Assembly (NCBI GenBank): GCA_965228735.1
Contig: OZ245838.1
Span: 5,472,001 to 5,536,000 of the forward strand
DNA from: Planctomycetota bacterium
Lineage (GTDB): Bacteria; Planctomycetota; UBA1135; UBA2386
DNA length: 64,000 nt
Direction of reading: 5' to 3'
The number at the start of each line of letters is the position of its first letter. Position 1 is the stretch's first letter. The notes beneath the pieces are model-generated. The model worked only from the letters and a program-made list of their open reading frames with translations. It was not told where the DNA came from and made no database searches. Below are positions 39,583-49,807 of the stretch, one piece after another. The translations under genes were made by a program, and so were the position numbers.

Positions 39583-40704
39583 ATGCTCGCTCTCTCTGCT
39601 CCCCGCTCTGTCCTCTGCGCCGCGGTGCTGTTGCCGCTCGCGGCTGCTGGGCTCGACGCCCAGACCCTCGTGCCGGTGCCGGCCCACGCGCCCGTGGCTG
39701 ATGGCCACGAGTCCGTGGCGCTGCCGTTCGGCGTGCCGGGATTCCGATCGCAGATCCTCGTCGACGCCACGCGCCTCGGCCCCGCCGGCGCCGTCGTCAG
39801 CGCGCTCCGGTTCCGCGCGGATCGCGGTGCGGCGCCGCAGCCGGCGGTGACCGTGCCGAACGTGACCGTGCGGCTCTCGCACTCCTCGGTGCCGATCGGT
39901 GGGTTGTCCCCGATGTTCGCGAACAACGTCACCCAGGCGGCGACGACCGTCTTCCAGGGGACGGTCACGCTGCCGGCGCAGAGCGTCAGCTTCGGCGCGC
40001 CGCAGCCGTTCGATGTCGTCATCCCGCTGACCGCGCCGTTCACCGTCGTGGCAGCCAACGGCAACCTGCTGATCGACATCACCGGCCTCAACGCGGTAGG
40101 TGGCACGCCGGCGTTCTACCTCGACGCGATGCTGGGCGGCGGCTCGGCGACCGTCTACGGCCAGCCGGGCACGAATCCGACCGCGGACACGCTGCGGCTC
40201 AACGTCGCCACCGGCAACTCGCTGTCCGCGCGACGGCTCGTTCCCGGGCAGCTCGTCGACTTCAACTCGATGCTGTCGTTCACGTCGCCGCCGGGGTTCT
40301 TCGGCCTGGCGTTGAACGGGCGGACGACGCCCCTCGACCTCGGTCCGCTCGGCGCGCCGTCGCACGCCGCCTACATCGACCCGGTCGCGCTCGCCCCGCT
40401 CGTGTGGCAGCAGTCGTTCATCGGCTACTTCGCGACCGTTGGGGTCGCGGTGCCGCTGGATCCGAGCTACGTCGGGCTGCGGCTCTACGGTCAGTCGGTC
40501 CTGCTCGATCCGGCCGCGAACGCGCTCGGCGTCCTCACCGGTCCCGCAGCCGAAGTGCGGATCGGCGACGCGCAGCTCGCCTTCCCGATGCAGCAGGTGG
40601 ATGCCTTCGACCCGCTCTCGTCGAGCGGCACGGTCCTCGATTTCGGGTTCGGCAGCCCGGAGTTCGGCGCCACCCCGATCGCGTTCGACGCGGTCCCGTT
40701 CTAG
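39583..40704 (+). CDS. Secreted hypothetical protein carrying the shared domain near its C-terminus
   Basis: Signal peptide ...GLDAQ; PLDLGPLGAP..YVGLRLYGQSVLLDPAANALG. Confidence 0.8.
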   Translation: MLALSAPRSVLCAAVLLPLAAAGLDAQTLVPVPAHAPVADGHESVALPFGVPGFRSQILVDATRLGPAGAVVSALRFRADRGAAPQPAVTVPNVTVRLSHSSVPIGGLSPMFANNVTQAATTVFQGTVTLPAQSVSFGAPQPFDVVIPLTAPFTVVAANGNLLIDITGLNAVGGTPAFYLDAMLGGGSATVYGQPGTNPTADTLRLNVATGNSLSARRLVPGQLVDFNSMLSFTSPPGFFGLALNGRTTPLDLGPLGAPSHAAYIDPVALAPLVWQQSFIGYFATVGVAVPLDPSYVGLRLYGQSVLLDPAANALGVLTGPAAEVRIGDAQLAFPMQQVDAFDPLSSSGTVLDFGFGSPEFGATPIAFDAVPF

Positions 40705-40856
40705 CCCGAGTGATGGCTGCGGCGGCATCGGTCGACACGGCGCTCGGCGGTCCGGCTCGGAACGTCGGAGCGCGGGACAGGATCGCGACGCCTCGGCGGT
40801 CGCACTCGGCCGTTCGGGGCTTGCCCTCGCCGGTTCGCGGTGGCCGAATTGCGGGC

Positions 40857-41462
40857 GTGGAGTCGCCGGAACACGAAGGCCAGGACGCGCGCGCCGAGCC
40901 GCCGCTCACCGAACTGCTGCAGCAGGCGGCCAACGGTGAGGCGGGCGCTGCCGACGCGGCGCTGCCGCTGGTCTACCGCGAGCTGCGTCAGCTGGCGCAG
41001 TCGCGGATGGCGGGCGAACGCCGGGACCACACCTTGCAGGCGACGGCACTGGTCCACGAGACCTGGCTCAAGCTCGTCGCCGCGGGCGACGGGCGATGGG
41101 CCGACCGCGGCGCGTTCTACCGCGCGGCGGCCGTCGCGATGCGCCGCATCCTCGTGGATCATGCGCGGCATCGGGCCCGGTCGAAGCGCGGTGGGGGTCG
41201 GCGGCGTGAGGCGATCCCCGTCGATCAGCTGACCGCGCGCCCGGACTCCGAGGATGCGGCGACGTTCCTGGCCATCGACGAACAGATCGAAGCGCTCGAG
41301 ACCGAGGATCCGCGGGCCGGTGAGATCGTGCGGCTGCGCTTCTTCGCCGGACTCAGCGTGGACGAGACGGCTGCGGCGATGGGGCTGTCGCGGCGGACGG
41401 TGCTGCGCGAGTGGTCCTACGCGCGGGCCCGGCTCTATGCCGCGTTGCGCGATGGGGAGTGA
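40857..41462 (+). CDS. ECF sigma factor, TIGR02999-type
   Basis: LPLVYRELRQLA, HTLQATALVHETWLKL, AMRRILVDHAR, LRFFAGLS..REWSYARARL. Confidence 0.92.
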   Translation: MESPEHEGQDARAEPPLTELLQQAANGEAGAADAALPLVYRELRQLAQSRMAGERRDHTLQATALVHETWLKLVAAGDGRWADRGAFYRAAAVAMRRILVDHARHRARSKRGGGRRREAIPVDQLTARPDSEDAATFLAIDEQIEALETEDPRAGEIVRLRFFAGLSVDETAAAMGLSRRTVLREWSYARARLYAALRDGE

Positions 41463-41465
41463 CCC

Positions 41466-44045
41466 GTGGACCGCGTGAAGACCCTGTTCGAGAACGCCGT
41501 CGAGCTGCCGGCGTCCGAGCGAGCGCGGTTCGTCGCCGAATCGTGTGGCGATGACCTCGCGCTTCGACGGCGACTCGAAGGTCTGCTCGCCGCGCACGAC
41601 GAGGCCGGTGACTTCCTGGAGCACCCGACGGGTCTCGTCGACGCTGCCGTTCTGGCCGCGCGGGAGGGCGTCGGGACGCCGAACGAGGCTGCCGGTGACA
41701 GAGTCGATCGCTTCGTGCTCATGACGGAGCTCGGCAGCGGCGGTTTCGGCACGGTTTGGCACGCGCGGCAGGAGGAGCCGGTGACCCGTGAGGTCGCGCT
41801 CAAGGTCCTGCACGCGCGATTGGATCAGCCGAGCCTCGCGGAGGCGTTCTACGCCGAGCGGCAGAATCTCGCGCGCATGCGGCACCCGTCGATCGCCAAG
41901 GTGCTCGATGCGGGCGTCGCGGATGGTCGCCCGTGGATCGCGATGGAGCTCGTCGACGGCGCCCCGATCGTGCGGGCCTGCGAGGCCCGCGCGCTCGACC
42001 TGCGGGCGCGGCTCGGCCTCTTCGTCGAGGTCTGTCGTGCCCTCCAGCACGCGCACGGCAAGGGCATCGTGCACCGCGACCTCAAACCGTCCAACGTGCT
42101 GCTCACGGATGACGCCGGGCGCCTGCGGCCGGTCGTGATCGACTTCGGCATCTCGGGTTCGCTGGACGGTCGGATCGGCCGGCCGGGAGTGGCCGGAACA
42201 CCCGAGTACATGAGTCCGGAGCAGGCCGCCGAAGACGACGACGCCGTCGACGTGCGGACCGATGTCCACGCCCTCGGGGTGCTGCTCTACGAACTCGTCG
42301 CTCGAGCGCGCCCGTTCGTTCGCTCGTCCGCCGACGAGCCTGCCACCGAGATCTTGCGGCGGGTGCGCGAACACGAGCCGGCGCCGCCGAGTCGGGTGAG
42401 GACCGCCATGCCGGGCGTTACCGGCGAGCTCGACGAGATCGTCGGGCAGGCGCTGGAGAAGGACCCGGAGGCCCGCTACCCGACGGCCAACGCGCTCTGT
42501 GAGGACGTCCAGCGTTACCTGCAGCACCGCCCGATCCACGCGCGCGAGGGCCGTCCTGGCTACGTCCTGCGCAAGTTCGTCCAGCGGCACCGGGTCGCGG
42601 TGTTCGCGGTCACGGTGATCGTGCTGACCTCGTTGACGGCTGCCGTCGTCGCGACGCGAGGCTACCTCGCTGCGCGCACGGCGGAGCAGAGCGCACGCCG
42701 CGCTCTCGACGTGCTGGACGAGGTCTGGCTCGCGGCCGATCTCTCGCGGTTCGGCAGCGCGGACTACCCGGTGCGCGAGCTGTTCGCCGATTTCGAGCGC
42801 GCGTTGCCGGGTTTGCTGCCCGACGAGCCGGCGGTCGAGTTTCGCATCCGGCTGTCGATGGCGCGGCTGCAGCGCGCGGCCGGCGTCTTCGATCGGGGGC
42901 TCGCTCACGCCGAGCGCGCGACCGAGCTGGCGCGCGGTATCGAAGGTACGGACTCGCCGTTGCCGGCAGCGCTGCTCGAGCTCGGTCGCATCCAGTACGG
43001 CCGCAACGAGGCGGCGGCTGCCGTCGCGACCGCGGTGGCCGGACTGGCGGCACTCGGAAACCGTGCCGCGCCGGGGCCCCGGGCCGAGTTCGAAGCACTG
43101 CGGGCCGAAGCGTTGCTGCGCAGCGGTGACATCGAGGCGGCGATGGCGGCGGGCGAGCGGGCTGCGGCGCTCTTCGAGGTGACCGGGGATCCCGCTCAGC
43201 GGCCGAACGGCGAGCTGCTCCTCGCGAGCCTGTTCGGCGCCATCGGTCAAGTCGACGTCGCGCTCGAGCACTTGCGGGCGGCGCAGGCGCACTTCGCCGC
43301 GGCCGGGGGCAGCATCGGCGACGAGCTCGTCGCCCGACAGCACGAAGCGATGCTGCTGGCTCGCCGCGGTGACCACGTCGCCGCCGAGGTCGCGATGCGC
43401 GATTGCCATGAGCGGCGGCGCGAGCTCTTCGGTCCCGGTCATCCACTGGTCGCGTCGACCGCGAGCGACCTGGCCTGGCTCCTCCACGAACTGAAGCGCG
43501 ATGCCGAGGCCGCGGACCTGTTGGTTCCCGCGATCGACGACCTGCGCACGCGACTCGGAGAGCGGCACCTGTTCGTCACCGAGGCCATGCAGCGGCTCGG
43601 GGCCGTGCGGGTCGCGCTCGATGAACCGATCGCGGCCGAGGAGCTGCTGCGCGCGGCGATGGACCGCTATCGGACGCTGCCCGCGCATCCGCCGGACGGT
43701 CTGATCGGCTGCATGAACAACCTCGCGGGCCTGCTGTGGCAGCGCGGCGATCGCGAGCAGGCTGCGGATGTCACCGGGCGCGCGCTCGCACTCGCGCGGG
43801 CCGAACTGCCGCGCACGCACTTCGTGCTCTCCGTGACGCTCACCAACCTCGCGTACATGCAGCAGGGGCTGGGCCGCGACGAAGCGGCGGCGACGTTGCT
43901 CGGCGAAGCCCTGACGCTCTCCGAGGAGAACGGCCGTGCCGGGGAAGCGCGGATCCAACGTCGTCGCCTCGTCGCGATGCTGCGCCAGCTCGGTCGCGAT
44001 GCCGAAGCGGATCGGGTGGCGGGGAACGGCGCCGAGGGCCGCTGA
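41466..44045 (+). CDS. Membrane Ser/Thr protein kinase with C-terminal TPRs
   Basis: LGSGGFGTV, VALKV, HRDLKPSN, IDFG, GTPEYMSPEQ; TM helix; TPR repeats. Confidence 0.93.
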   Translation: MDRVKTLFENAVELPASERARFVAESCGDDLALRRRLEGLLAAHDEAGDFLEHPTGLVDAAVLAAREGVGTPNEAAGDRVDRFVLMTELGSGGFGTVWHARQEEPVTREVALKVLHARLDQPSLAEAFYAERQNLARMRHPSIAKVLDAGVADGRPWIAMELVDGAPIVRACEARALDLRARLGLFVEVCRALQHAHGKGIVHRDLKPSNVLLTDDAGRLRPVVIDFGISGSLDGRIGRPGVAGTPEYMSPEQAAEDDDAVDVRTDVHALGVLLYELVARARPFVRSSADEPATEILRRVREHEPAPPSRVRTAMPGVTGELDEIVGQALEKDPEARYPTANALCEDVQRYLQHRPIHAREGRPGYVLRKFVQRHRVAVFAVTVIVLTSLTAAVVATRGYLAARTAEQSARRALDVLDEVWLAADLSRFGSADYPVRELFADFERALPGLLPDEPAVEFRIRLSMARLQRAAGVFDRGLAHAERATELARGIEGTDSPLPAALLELGRIQYGRNEAAAAVATAVAGLAALGNRAAPGPRAEFEALRAEALLRSGDIEAAMAAGERAAALFEVTGDPAQRPNGELLLASLFGAIGQVDVALEHLRAAQAHFAAAGGSIGDELVARQHEAMLLARRGDHVAAEVAMRDCHERRRELFGPGHPLVASTASDLAWLLHELKRDAEAADLLVPAIDDLRTRLGERHLFVTEAMQRLGAVRVALDEPIAAEELLRAAMDRYRTLPAHPPDGLIGCMNNLAGLLWQRGDREQAADVTGRALALARAELPRTHFVLSVTLTNLAYMQQGLGRDEAAATLLGEALTLSEENGRAGEARIQRRRLVAMLRQLGRDAEADRVAGNGAEGR

Positions 44046-44080
44046 TCACCCCGTTCGGTGGCCCTCGCGGTTCGGGCCCG

Positions 44081-46024
44081 TCACCTGGTAGCGGTCGAGC
44101 CGCCGTACCGCAGTCGTTCGTGGTGCTCGACGGCGGTCGCGAGGGCGGCGAGCTGCGTCGGCTTCGCCGCCTCGCCGCGCGCCCGTGCCAGCAGTTCGCG
44201 CGGGGTCTCGCCGGGGCGCAGCGCGAGGCCGAGTGCGCGGGCGGCGCCGACGAGCGCGGCGACGGTGGCCGGCGGCCGGCGCCTTCGCCAGCGGGCGTAG
44301 AGCAGCGCGATGGGGAGGCCCAGCAGCCCGAGCGTCGCGAACGGGTGCCGCCCGGCGAGCCGCGCGATGGCGCCCGGCAGCGCGCCCAACGTCGTGAGCA
44401 GGCGCGCGCGCCCGTCGTCGTCGAAGCCGACGATCGCGGCCCACGCGCTTTCCATGAAGCGCTTCGTATCGTGCCACCAGCCCGACTGGGTGTCACCGCC
44501 GTCCGGACCGGCGCTCGCCGGCGTCGCGTCGAGCGTCAGCCACGAACCGTCGGGCAACAGCGCTTCGACCCACGCGTGGGCGTGGCGCGCACGAACGATG
44601 ACGGCGCCGTCGTCGGCCCGCTCCTGCGCGAGGAAACCGCCGACGAGCCGACACGGCACACCCGCGTGCCGCAGCATGAGCGCGAGCACGGTGGCGAAGT
44701 ACTCGCAGTGGCCCGCGCCGCTGCCGATGGCGAACGCGTCGATCGAGCCCGCGAACCCCGGTCCGCCCGGCAGCGCGTAGCGGCGTTGGGCGCGCAACCA
44801 CGATGCGCAGTGGGCGAGGCGACCGGCGGTCGGCATCTCCTCGGGCAGATCGGCCGTTGCTTGCTCGAGCAGGTGCTTCGCGGTCCGCGTGACCGGCCGG
44901 CGCGGCAGCTCGACGAACAGTCGCGAGATGCGTTCGGGCACCGTGAAGCTGCGCGCGTCGCCGCTGCCGCGAACGGTGTAGACGAGCGGCTCCGCGGGCG
45001 CGTCCGCGAGGCGGAAGAACGCGAAGCCGCCGTAGGACTTCGGATCGACGAGGATGCCGTGCGTGTCGATCGGCGTCATCTCGCACGCCGAGAGCGGCAG
45101 CGGCAGCTGCTCCATGCTCGCGTTCGGCAGCTCGACGCGCAGCGCGCGCTCGGTCGGTCGGACCCCGTTGTGCCACGTGCCGGCGGCGTCGCGGTCCCAC
45201 GTCGGGTCCGTCGCGAAGCGCGTGCCGAGCCGCGACGCCTCCTGCGGCAGCCAGTTCTGGCCGTCGAAGTAGGAGAACGCGATCGCCCGCCAGTGACTCG
45301 GGACGTCGGCGATCTCGCCGTCGAATGACTCGATGCGCATCACGATGCGGTCATCGAGTTCGACGGCGCGGTCGTCGTCGAGGTCGATGATGTCGGCGAT
45401 GCCGGTGTCGAGACCCGCGTGCCGCGCGAGCGCGTCGCCGAGCCACCCCTCGTGCTCGAAGTCGCGCGGGCAGAACACGAACACCACGACGGTGACCGCG
45501 CCGATGATCGCGGTTCGCGGCAGGCTGTCGCGGATGACGCGGCGCGTGAGCGGCCACGACAGCGCACCTTCGCGGCGTGCGAGCACGTTGAGCTGGAGTG
45601 CCGGCACGAACACGACCGCGTGCGCGACGAACAACACGGACCACGTGATCGTCGCGGCGAAGAAGCTCGTCACGAACGCGATGAGGAACGAGTTGAAGAA
45701 CACCAGGTCGGGGCGCTGCAGGCGGCCGACGTTGTTGAGCAGGTGCACCTGGCACAGCACCGCGAGCAGCATGCCGTCCTCGAGCATGTGCAGCAGACCC
45801 GTCGTCGAGGCGTGCTGCACGAGCATGGCGAAGACGACGAGCACGCCGACGTTCCAGCACGTGCGATAGGTGACGCGGCTCTGCAGCTGGCGCAGCCACG
45901 GTGACACGAGCGCCAGCACGAGCAGCGGCAGCAGCGCGAGCATCGATACCGTGTCCGTGACGGCGACGAACGCGAGGTCGAGCAGCGTCAGGGTGACGAG
46001 CGCTGGATGGAGGCGGTCAGACAC
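44081..46024 (-). CDS. Transglutaminase-like membrane protein (TgpA/DUF3488)
   Basis: N-terminal TM helices; GHCEYFAT, GVPCRLVGGF, HAHAWVE, WLTLDATP. Confidence 0.92.
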   Translation of the reverse strand: MSDRLHPALVTLTLLDLAFVAVTDTVSMLALLPLLVLALVSPWLRQLQSRVTYRTCWNVGVLVVFAMLVQHASTTGLLHMLEDGMLLAVLCQVHLLNNVGRLQRPDLVFFNSFLIAFVTSFFAATITWSVLFVAHAVVFVPALQLNVLARREGALSWPLTRRVIRDSLPRTAIIGAVTVVVFVFCPRDFEHEGWLGDALARHAGLDTGIADIIDLDDDRAVELDDRIVMRIESFDGEIADVPSHWRAIAFSYFDGQNWLPQEASRLGTRFATDPTWDRDAAGTWHNGVRPTERALRVELPNASMEQLPLPLSACEMTPIDTHGILVDPKSYGGFAFFRLADAPAEPLVYTVRGSGDARSFTVPERISRLFVELPRRPVTRTAKHLLEQATADLPEEMPTAGRLAHCASWLRAQRRYALPGGPGFAGSIDAFAIGSGAGHCEYFATVLALMLRHAGVPCRLVGGFLAQERADDGAVIVRARHAHAWVEALLPDGSWLTLDATPASAGPDGGDTQSGWWHDTKRFMESAWAAIVGFDDDGRARLLTTLGALPGAIARLAGRHPFATLGLLGLPIALLYARWRRRRPPATVAALVGAARALGLALRPGETPRELLARARGEAAKPTQLAALATAVEHHERLRYGGSTATR

Positions 46025-47042
46025 CGATCGGCTCCTCGCTCGCGTCCCGGTTGCGATGGCCCGCGCGCGGCGGGCCGGCGTCGGCCTGCGCGGGCGTCGC
46101 GCCGGCGAGCCAGCGCAGGACGGGTGTCAGGTCCCGGCCGCCCTCGACCGCGGCTTCGAAGCCCTGGCTCACGAGTCGCAGCGGCCGCTCGGACTCGTGC
46201 GCCCGGAACACGGCGGCCGTGGCGTCCGCGAGCCGGAGTTCGAACTCGGCAGGGTCGCTGCAGCGACGGTCGACGAGGATCTGCTCCTCGATGTCCTGGC
46301 CGCCGGGTTCGCGTTCCTTCACCACGGGTTCGCCGCGGCGGGCCGACGCCTTCCAGTGCATGTCGCCGAGGCCGTCACCCGGGCGGAACGGCCGCAGGCC
46401 GGCGATCGCGGCGCTGCGACCGCCGCGGTAGGTGCCGTCGTCGCCGGCCAGTGCGCCGCGCCCGAACCGCGGGCCCCGGGCGTCGCCGTTCGTGCTCGGG
46501 TAGGTGACGAGCTCCGTCTCGGTGTCCGGCGTGAATGAGCGCGTGACGCGGAACAGCCCGAACGGGTACCGCGAACTGCAGTGCACCAGTGCGATGCGGC
46601 GCAGTCCGCGCTCTTGCCGTGGCAGCACGCACTCGAGTGGGCGTTCGCCTTTGGCGAGCGCGATGTGTGTCAGTTCGATCGGCGGCGATCGCTTGTCCGA
46701 GTCGTCGAACTCGAGCGTCACCGTCAGGTCGAACGCCGCGCGCCGGCTCGTGATGGCGAGCACGACCGGGCGGTCTGCGCCGGCGGGGGCGGCGGGCACA
46801 TCGGTGAGCCGCAACGTGACACCGGTGGTGTTGCGGGCGGACCACACGAGGCCGGTGAGCCCGAGCACCGCGCAGAACGCGATGATCAGGAAGAAGAGGT
46901 TGCTGTACGACGCGGCTAGGAACGCGATGACGAGCGCACCGAGCAGGAGCAGGCCCTTGAGGCCGAGCTCGGTCGGTCGCACTCGCGGGCGCGATCGCGT
47001 GGACGCGGAGCTCGCGCCCGAGGCTGCTGCGGCGCTTCGCAT
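46017..47042 (-). CDS. DUF58 family protein
   Basis: SRYPFGLF, LRPFRPGD...HWKASAR. Confidence 0.88.
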   Translation of the reverse strand: MRSAAAASGASSASTRSRPRVRPTELGLKGLLLLGALVIAFLAASYSNLFFLIIAFCAVLGLTGLVWSARNTTGVTLRLTDVPAAPAGADRPVVLAITSRRAAFDLTVTLEFDDSDKRSPPIELTHIALAKGERPLECVLPRQERGLRRIALVHCSSRYPFGLFRVTRSFTPDTETELVTYPSTNGDARGPRFGRGALAGDDGTYRGGRSAAIAGLRPFRPGDGLGDMHWKASARRGEPVVKEREPGGQDIEEQILVDRRCSDPAEFELRLADATAAVFRAHESERPLRLVSQGFEAAVEGGRDLTPVLRWLAGATPAQADAGPPRAGHRNRDASEEPIGV

Positions 47043-47046
47043 CCGC

Positions 47047-48015
47047 TCAGAGCGGCACGTGGACCGCGTCGAGGATCTCCTGCAGCGTGCCGTGCACGGC
47101 CTGCGCTCCGCCGCTGTCGTTGCCGCCACGCAAGAACACGCGGTGGGCTAGCGTTGCCAGCGCGAGCGCCTTGAGGTCGTCGGGCACGAGGTAGTCGCGG
47201 CCGTCGAGCAACGCACGGGCCTTGGCCGCGGCGAGCCACGACAGCGCCGCACGCGGACTCGCGCCGAGCGCGATGTCGCAGTGTTCTCGCGTCGCACATA
47301 CGACGTCGTAGACGTAGCCCGCGAGCTTCTCGTCGACCTTGACGGCTGCGGCAGCCGCACGCAACGCGATGAGGTCTTCGGCCTCGATCACGGGCTGGCA
47401 GTTCTGCAGCGCGGTCTCGGAGTCGCGGCCGCTGTAGAGCGCACGTTCGTCGGCGGGTGCCGGATAACCGAGCTCGACGCACACGAGGAAGCGGTCGAGC
47501 GCGGCCTCGGGCAGCGGGTAGGTGCCGTGGAACTCGATCGGATTGCGCGTCGCGATCACCGAGAACGGCTGACCGAGCTCGACGGTTCGGCCCTCGATCG
47601 AGACGCGGCCGTTCTCCATCGCCTCGAGCAGGCACGACAGCGTGCGCGGACTCGTGCGGTTGATCTCGTCGGCGAGCACGAGGTTGGCGAACAGCGGGCC
47701 CTTCACGAACGAGAATCGGCCTTGGTCCGGCCGCCAGACGGCGGTCCCGACGACGTCGCTCGGCATCAGATCGTTGGTGAACTGGATGCGGCGGAAGGTG
47801 CCGTGCACCGACTCCGCGAGCGCGCGGGCGAGCATCGTCTTGCCGGTGCCCGGAACGCCCTCGACGAGCGCATGCCCGCCGGCGACGAGCGCGCAGAGCA
47901 GCGGTTCGAGCGCCGAGTCGGGGACGGTCACGACGTCCGCGATGTTCTGTTGGATCGCGATGCGCGCTGCCGCGGCGTCGACGGAACGATGGACTGCGTT
48001 GGCTGCTGCTGGCAC
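47047..48015 (-). CDS. moxR: MoxR family AAA+ ATPase
   Basis: EGVPGTGKT, RIQFTNDLMPSD, LADEINR, NPIEFHGTYPLPEAALDRF. Confidence 0.93.
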   Translation of the reverse strand: MPAAANAVHRSVDAAAARIAIQQNIADVVTVPDSALEPLLCALVAGGHALVEGVPGTGKTMLARALAESVHGTFRRIQFTNDLMPSDVVGTAVWRPDQGRFSFVKGPLFANLVLADEINRTSPRTLSCLLEAMENGRVSIEGRTVELGQPFSVIATRNPIEFHGTYPLPEAALDRFLVCVELGYPAPADERALYSGRDSETALQNCQPVIEAEDLIALRAAAAAVKVDEKLAGYVYDVVCATREHCDIALGASPRAALSWLAAAKARALLDGRDYLVPDDLKALALATLAHRVFLRGGNDSGGAQAVHGTLQEILDAVHVPL

Positions 48016-48124
48016 GGCGTCGGAACCTCTACGGGATTCTCTTCGGCCAGACCGGACCGTTCCGTGAGCGCCGTTGTCTCGCCCGCGATGGCACGGGCGG
48101 TTCTGCGGCAGCTGTTGCGACGCG

Positions 48125-48649
48125 CTACAGGCCGCCGGGGTCCTTGCGCATGAGGTCGCGGAAGCGCGGGTCGTTGCGCAGCGTGTCGAGGTCGGGTTCT
48201 TCGCGGGCGTGATCGCGCAGGTCCTCGGAGATGCCGCACGCGATCGTGACCTCGTCGATGGCGCGGTCGCGCTGGCCCGCGAGCGCGAGGTAGCAGCCCA
48301 GGTTGTAGTGCCCGATGTCCGAACGCGGATTCCGTTCGACGAGTCGCTCCATGCAGCGGATCGCGCCGGGCAGGTCGGTGGTGCGCTTCTTGCACCACGC
48401 TTCGCAGAGGTCGAGCCAGTCGTCGAGCTCGGGTTCACCACGCAGCGCTGCGATGTCGTTCAGCGCATCCGTATGGCGACCGAGCGCGGTATTGGCGCGG
48501 ATGCGCATCGCGAGCCCGGCCGGCCGGGCGGCGTCGACCCGCAGCAGCGGATCGATGCGCTCGAGCGCCCGTTCGGGGCACTTGAGTTCGAGCCAGCCGT
48601 CGACCTCGTCGGCGACGCGGCGCAGCGCTGGGGGAACCGGCAGCATCAT
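48125..48649 (-). CDS. TPR-like protein
   Basis: GWLELK, HYNLGCYLALAG, AREEPDLDTLR. Confidence 0.75.
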   Translation of the reverse strand: MMLPVPPALRRVADEVDGWLELKCPERALERIDPLLRVDAARPAGLAMRIRANTALGRHTDALNDIAALRGEPELDDWLDLCEAWCKKRTTDLPGAIRCMERLVERNPRSDIGHYNLGCYLALAGQRDRAIDEVTIACGISEDLRDHAREEPDLDTLRNDPRFRDLMRKDPGGL

Positions 48650-48658
48650 GCGAGTTTC

Positions 48659-49807
48659 CTAGTCGGCGCTGCCGGGCGCAATCGGGGTGGGACTCGCGGG
48701 CGTGTTGGTCTCGTGGCCGCGCGCTGCAACGGGCACGATGTCGACGATCCGACCGTTGTCGACGAGCACCGCCTCGTCGGCCAGGTTGACGGTCGGGCAG
48801 ACGTGGCGCGGCACGAGCCGAACGAGCGTGCCGACGGGCGGCGCGTCGCCGCGGTCCATGACGAACGGCAGGTGCTCCTCGCTCGGCGTCTGCGCGGTTG
48901 CCTCGATGGCCGGCGTCACGAGCACGGCGCAGGGCGAGCCGGCGGCCGCGTCGAGCGCCTTGCTGCCGGCGTCGACGGTGAAGCGGTCGTTCGTCGGGCG
49001 TGACACGACCCGGCCGAGCACCTCCACGGCGAACGCGAAGCCCTCGATGCCGAGTTCGTCGCTGCGCGCGTCCCAGTAGACGACCGTGCCCGGGCTGACG
49101 GTGTGATGCAGGCCCGCGAAGCCGTCGTAGAACAACGCATCGGGGAACGTCGGCGTCCCGCTCGTGATGAGCTCGCCGGTGATGCCGAGCTGCGACGCGA
49201 GCGCGGTGAAGTTCGCATACACGGCGTGGGCCGCAGCGCGGCGGTCGGCCGGATCGTCGACGTGCAGGTGGCCGTCGTAGCAGTGCAATCCGCGCAACGC
49301 GTCGCCGGCTGCCGTCGCGACGGCACGAACGCGATCCGTCTCGGGCAGCGGGATGCCGGTGCGGTGATAGCCCGGGTCGAGATCGAGGAACACGCCGAGG
49401 CCGAGTTCGGCGCAGGCGTTGGCGTGTTCGGGGTCCTCGCTGAGCATCGACAGGCGGTGCTGCGGCCAGCGGTCGGCGAGCGCGGCGACGCGCGCGCGGC
49501 TCGGGCCGTGCTGCGCCATGGCGAACAGCAGGTCGATGCCATCCCGCGCCGCGCCCTCGTGCGCGTTCGCCACCTGCAGCAGCACTTCGGCCTCACGCGT
49601 CGTCGCGCACTTGAAGCGCCGCACGCCGACCTCCACCAGCTGTGCGAGGACCGCCGGCACCTTGCTCGTCTTGACGTGCGGCCGCCAGCGGTCGATGTCG
49701 CCCTTGAGCCACGAGTGCATCGTCGCGAGGTTGTGCCGGACGCGGTCGAGGTGGATCAGCAGCGCGGGCGTCTGCAGGTCGGCGAGTTCGTTCGGGGTGG
49801 TCGTCAC
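48659..49807 (-). CDS. Type III PLP-dependent enzyme (D-threonine aldolase / D-serine dehydratase family)
   Basis: TPALLI, RPHVKTSK, HRTGI, GLHCYDGH, SEEH, PRHVCPTVNL. Confidence 0.9.
   Translation of the reverse strand: MTTTPNELADLQTPALLIHLDRVRHNLATMHSWLKGDIDRWRPHVKTSKVPAVLAQLVEVGVRRFKCATTREAEVLLQVANAHEGAARDGIDLLFAMAQHGPSRARVAALADRWPQHRLSMLSEDPEHANACAELGLGVFLDLDPGYHRTGIPLPETDRVRAVATAAGDALRGLHCYDGHLHVDDPADRRAAAHAVYANFTALASQLGITGELITSGTPTFPDALFYDGFAGLHHTVSPGTVVYWDARSDELGIEGFAFAVEVLGRVVSRPTNDRFTVDAGSKALDAAAGSPCAVLVTPAIEATAQTPSEEHLPFVMDRGDAPPVGTLVRLVPRHVCPTVNLADEAVLVDNGRIVDIVPVAARGHETNTPASPTPIAPGSAD

Noticed and set aside
44081..48015. MoxR-DUF58-transglutaminase as a novel system
   Set aside because: Well-known, widespread three-gene arrangement.
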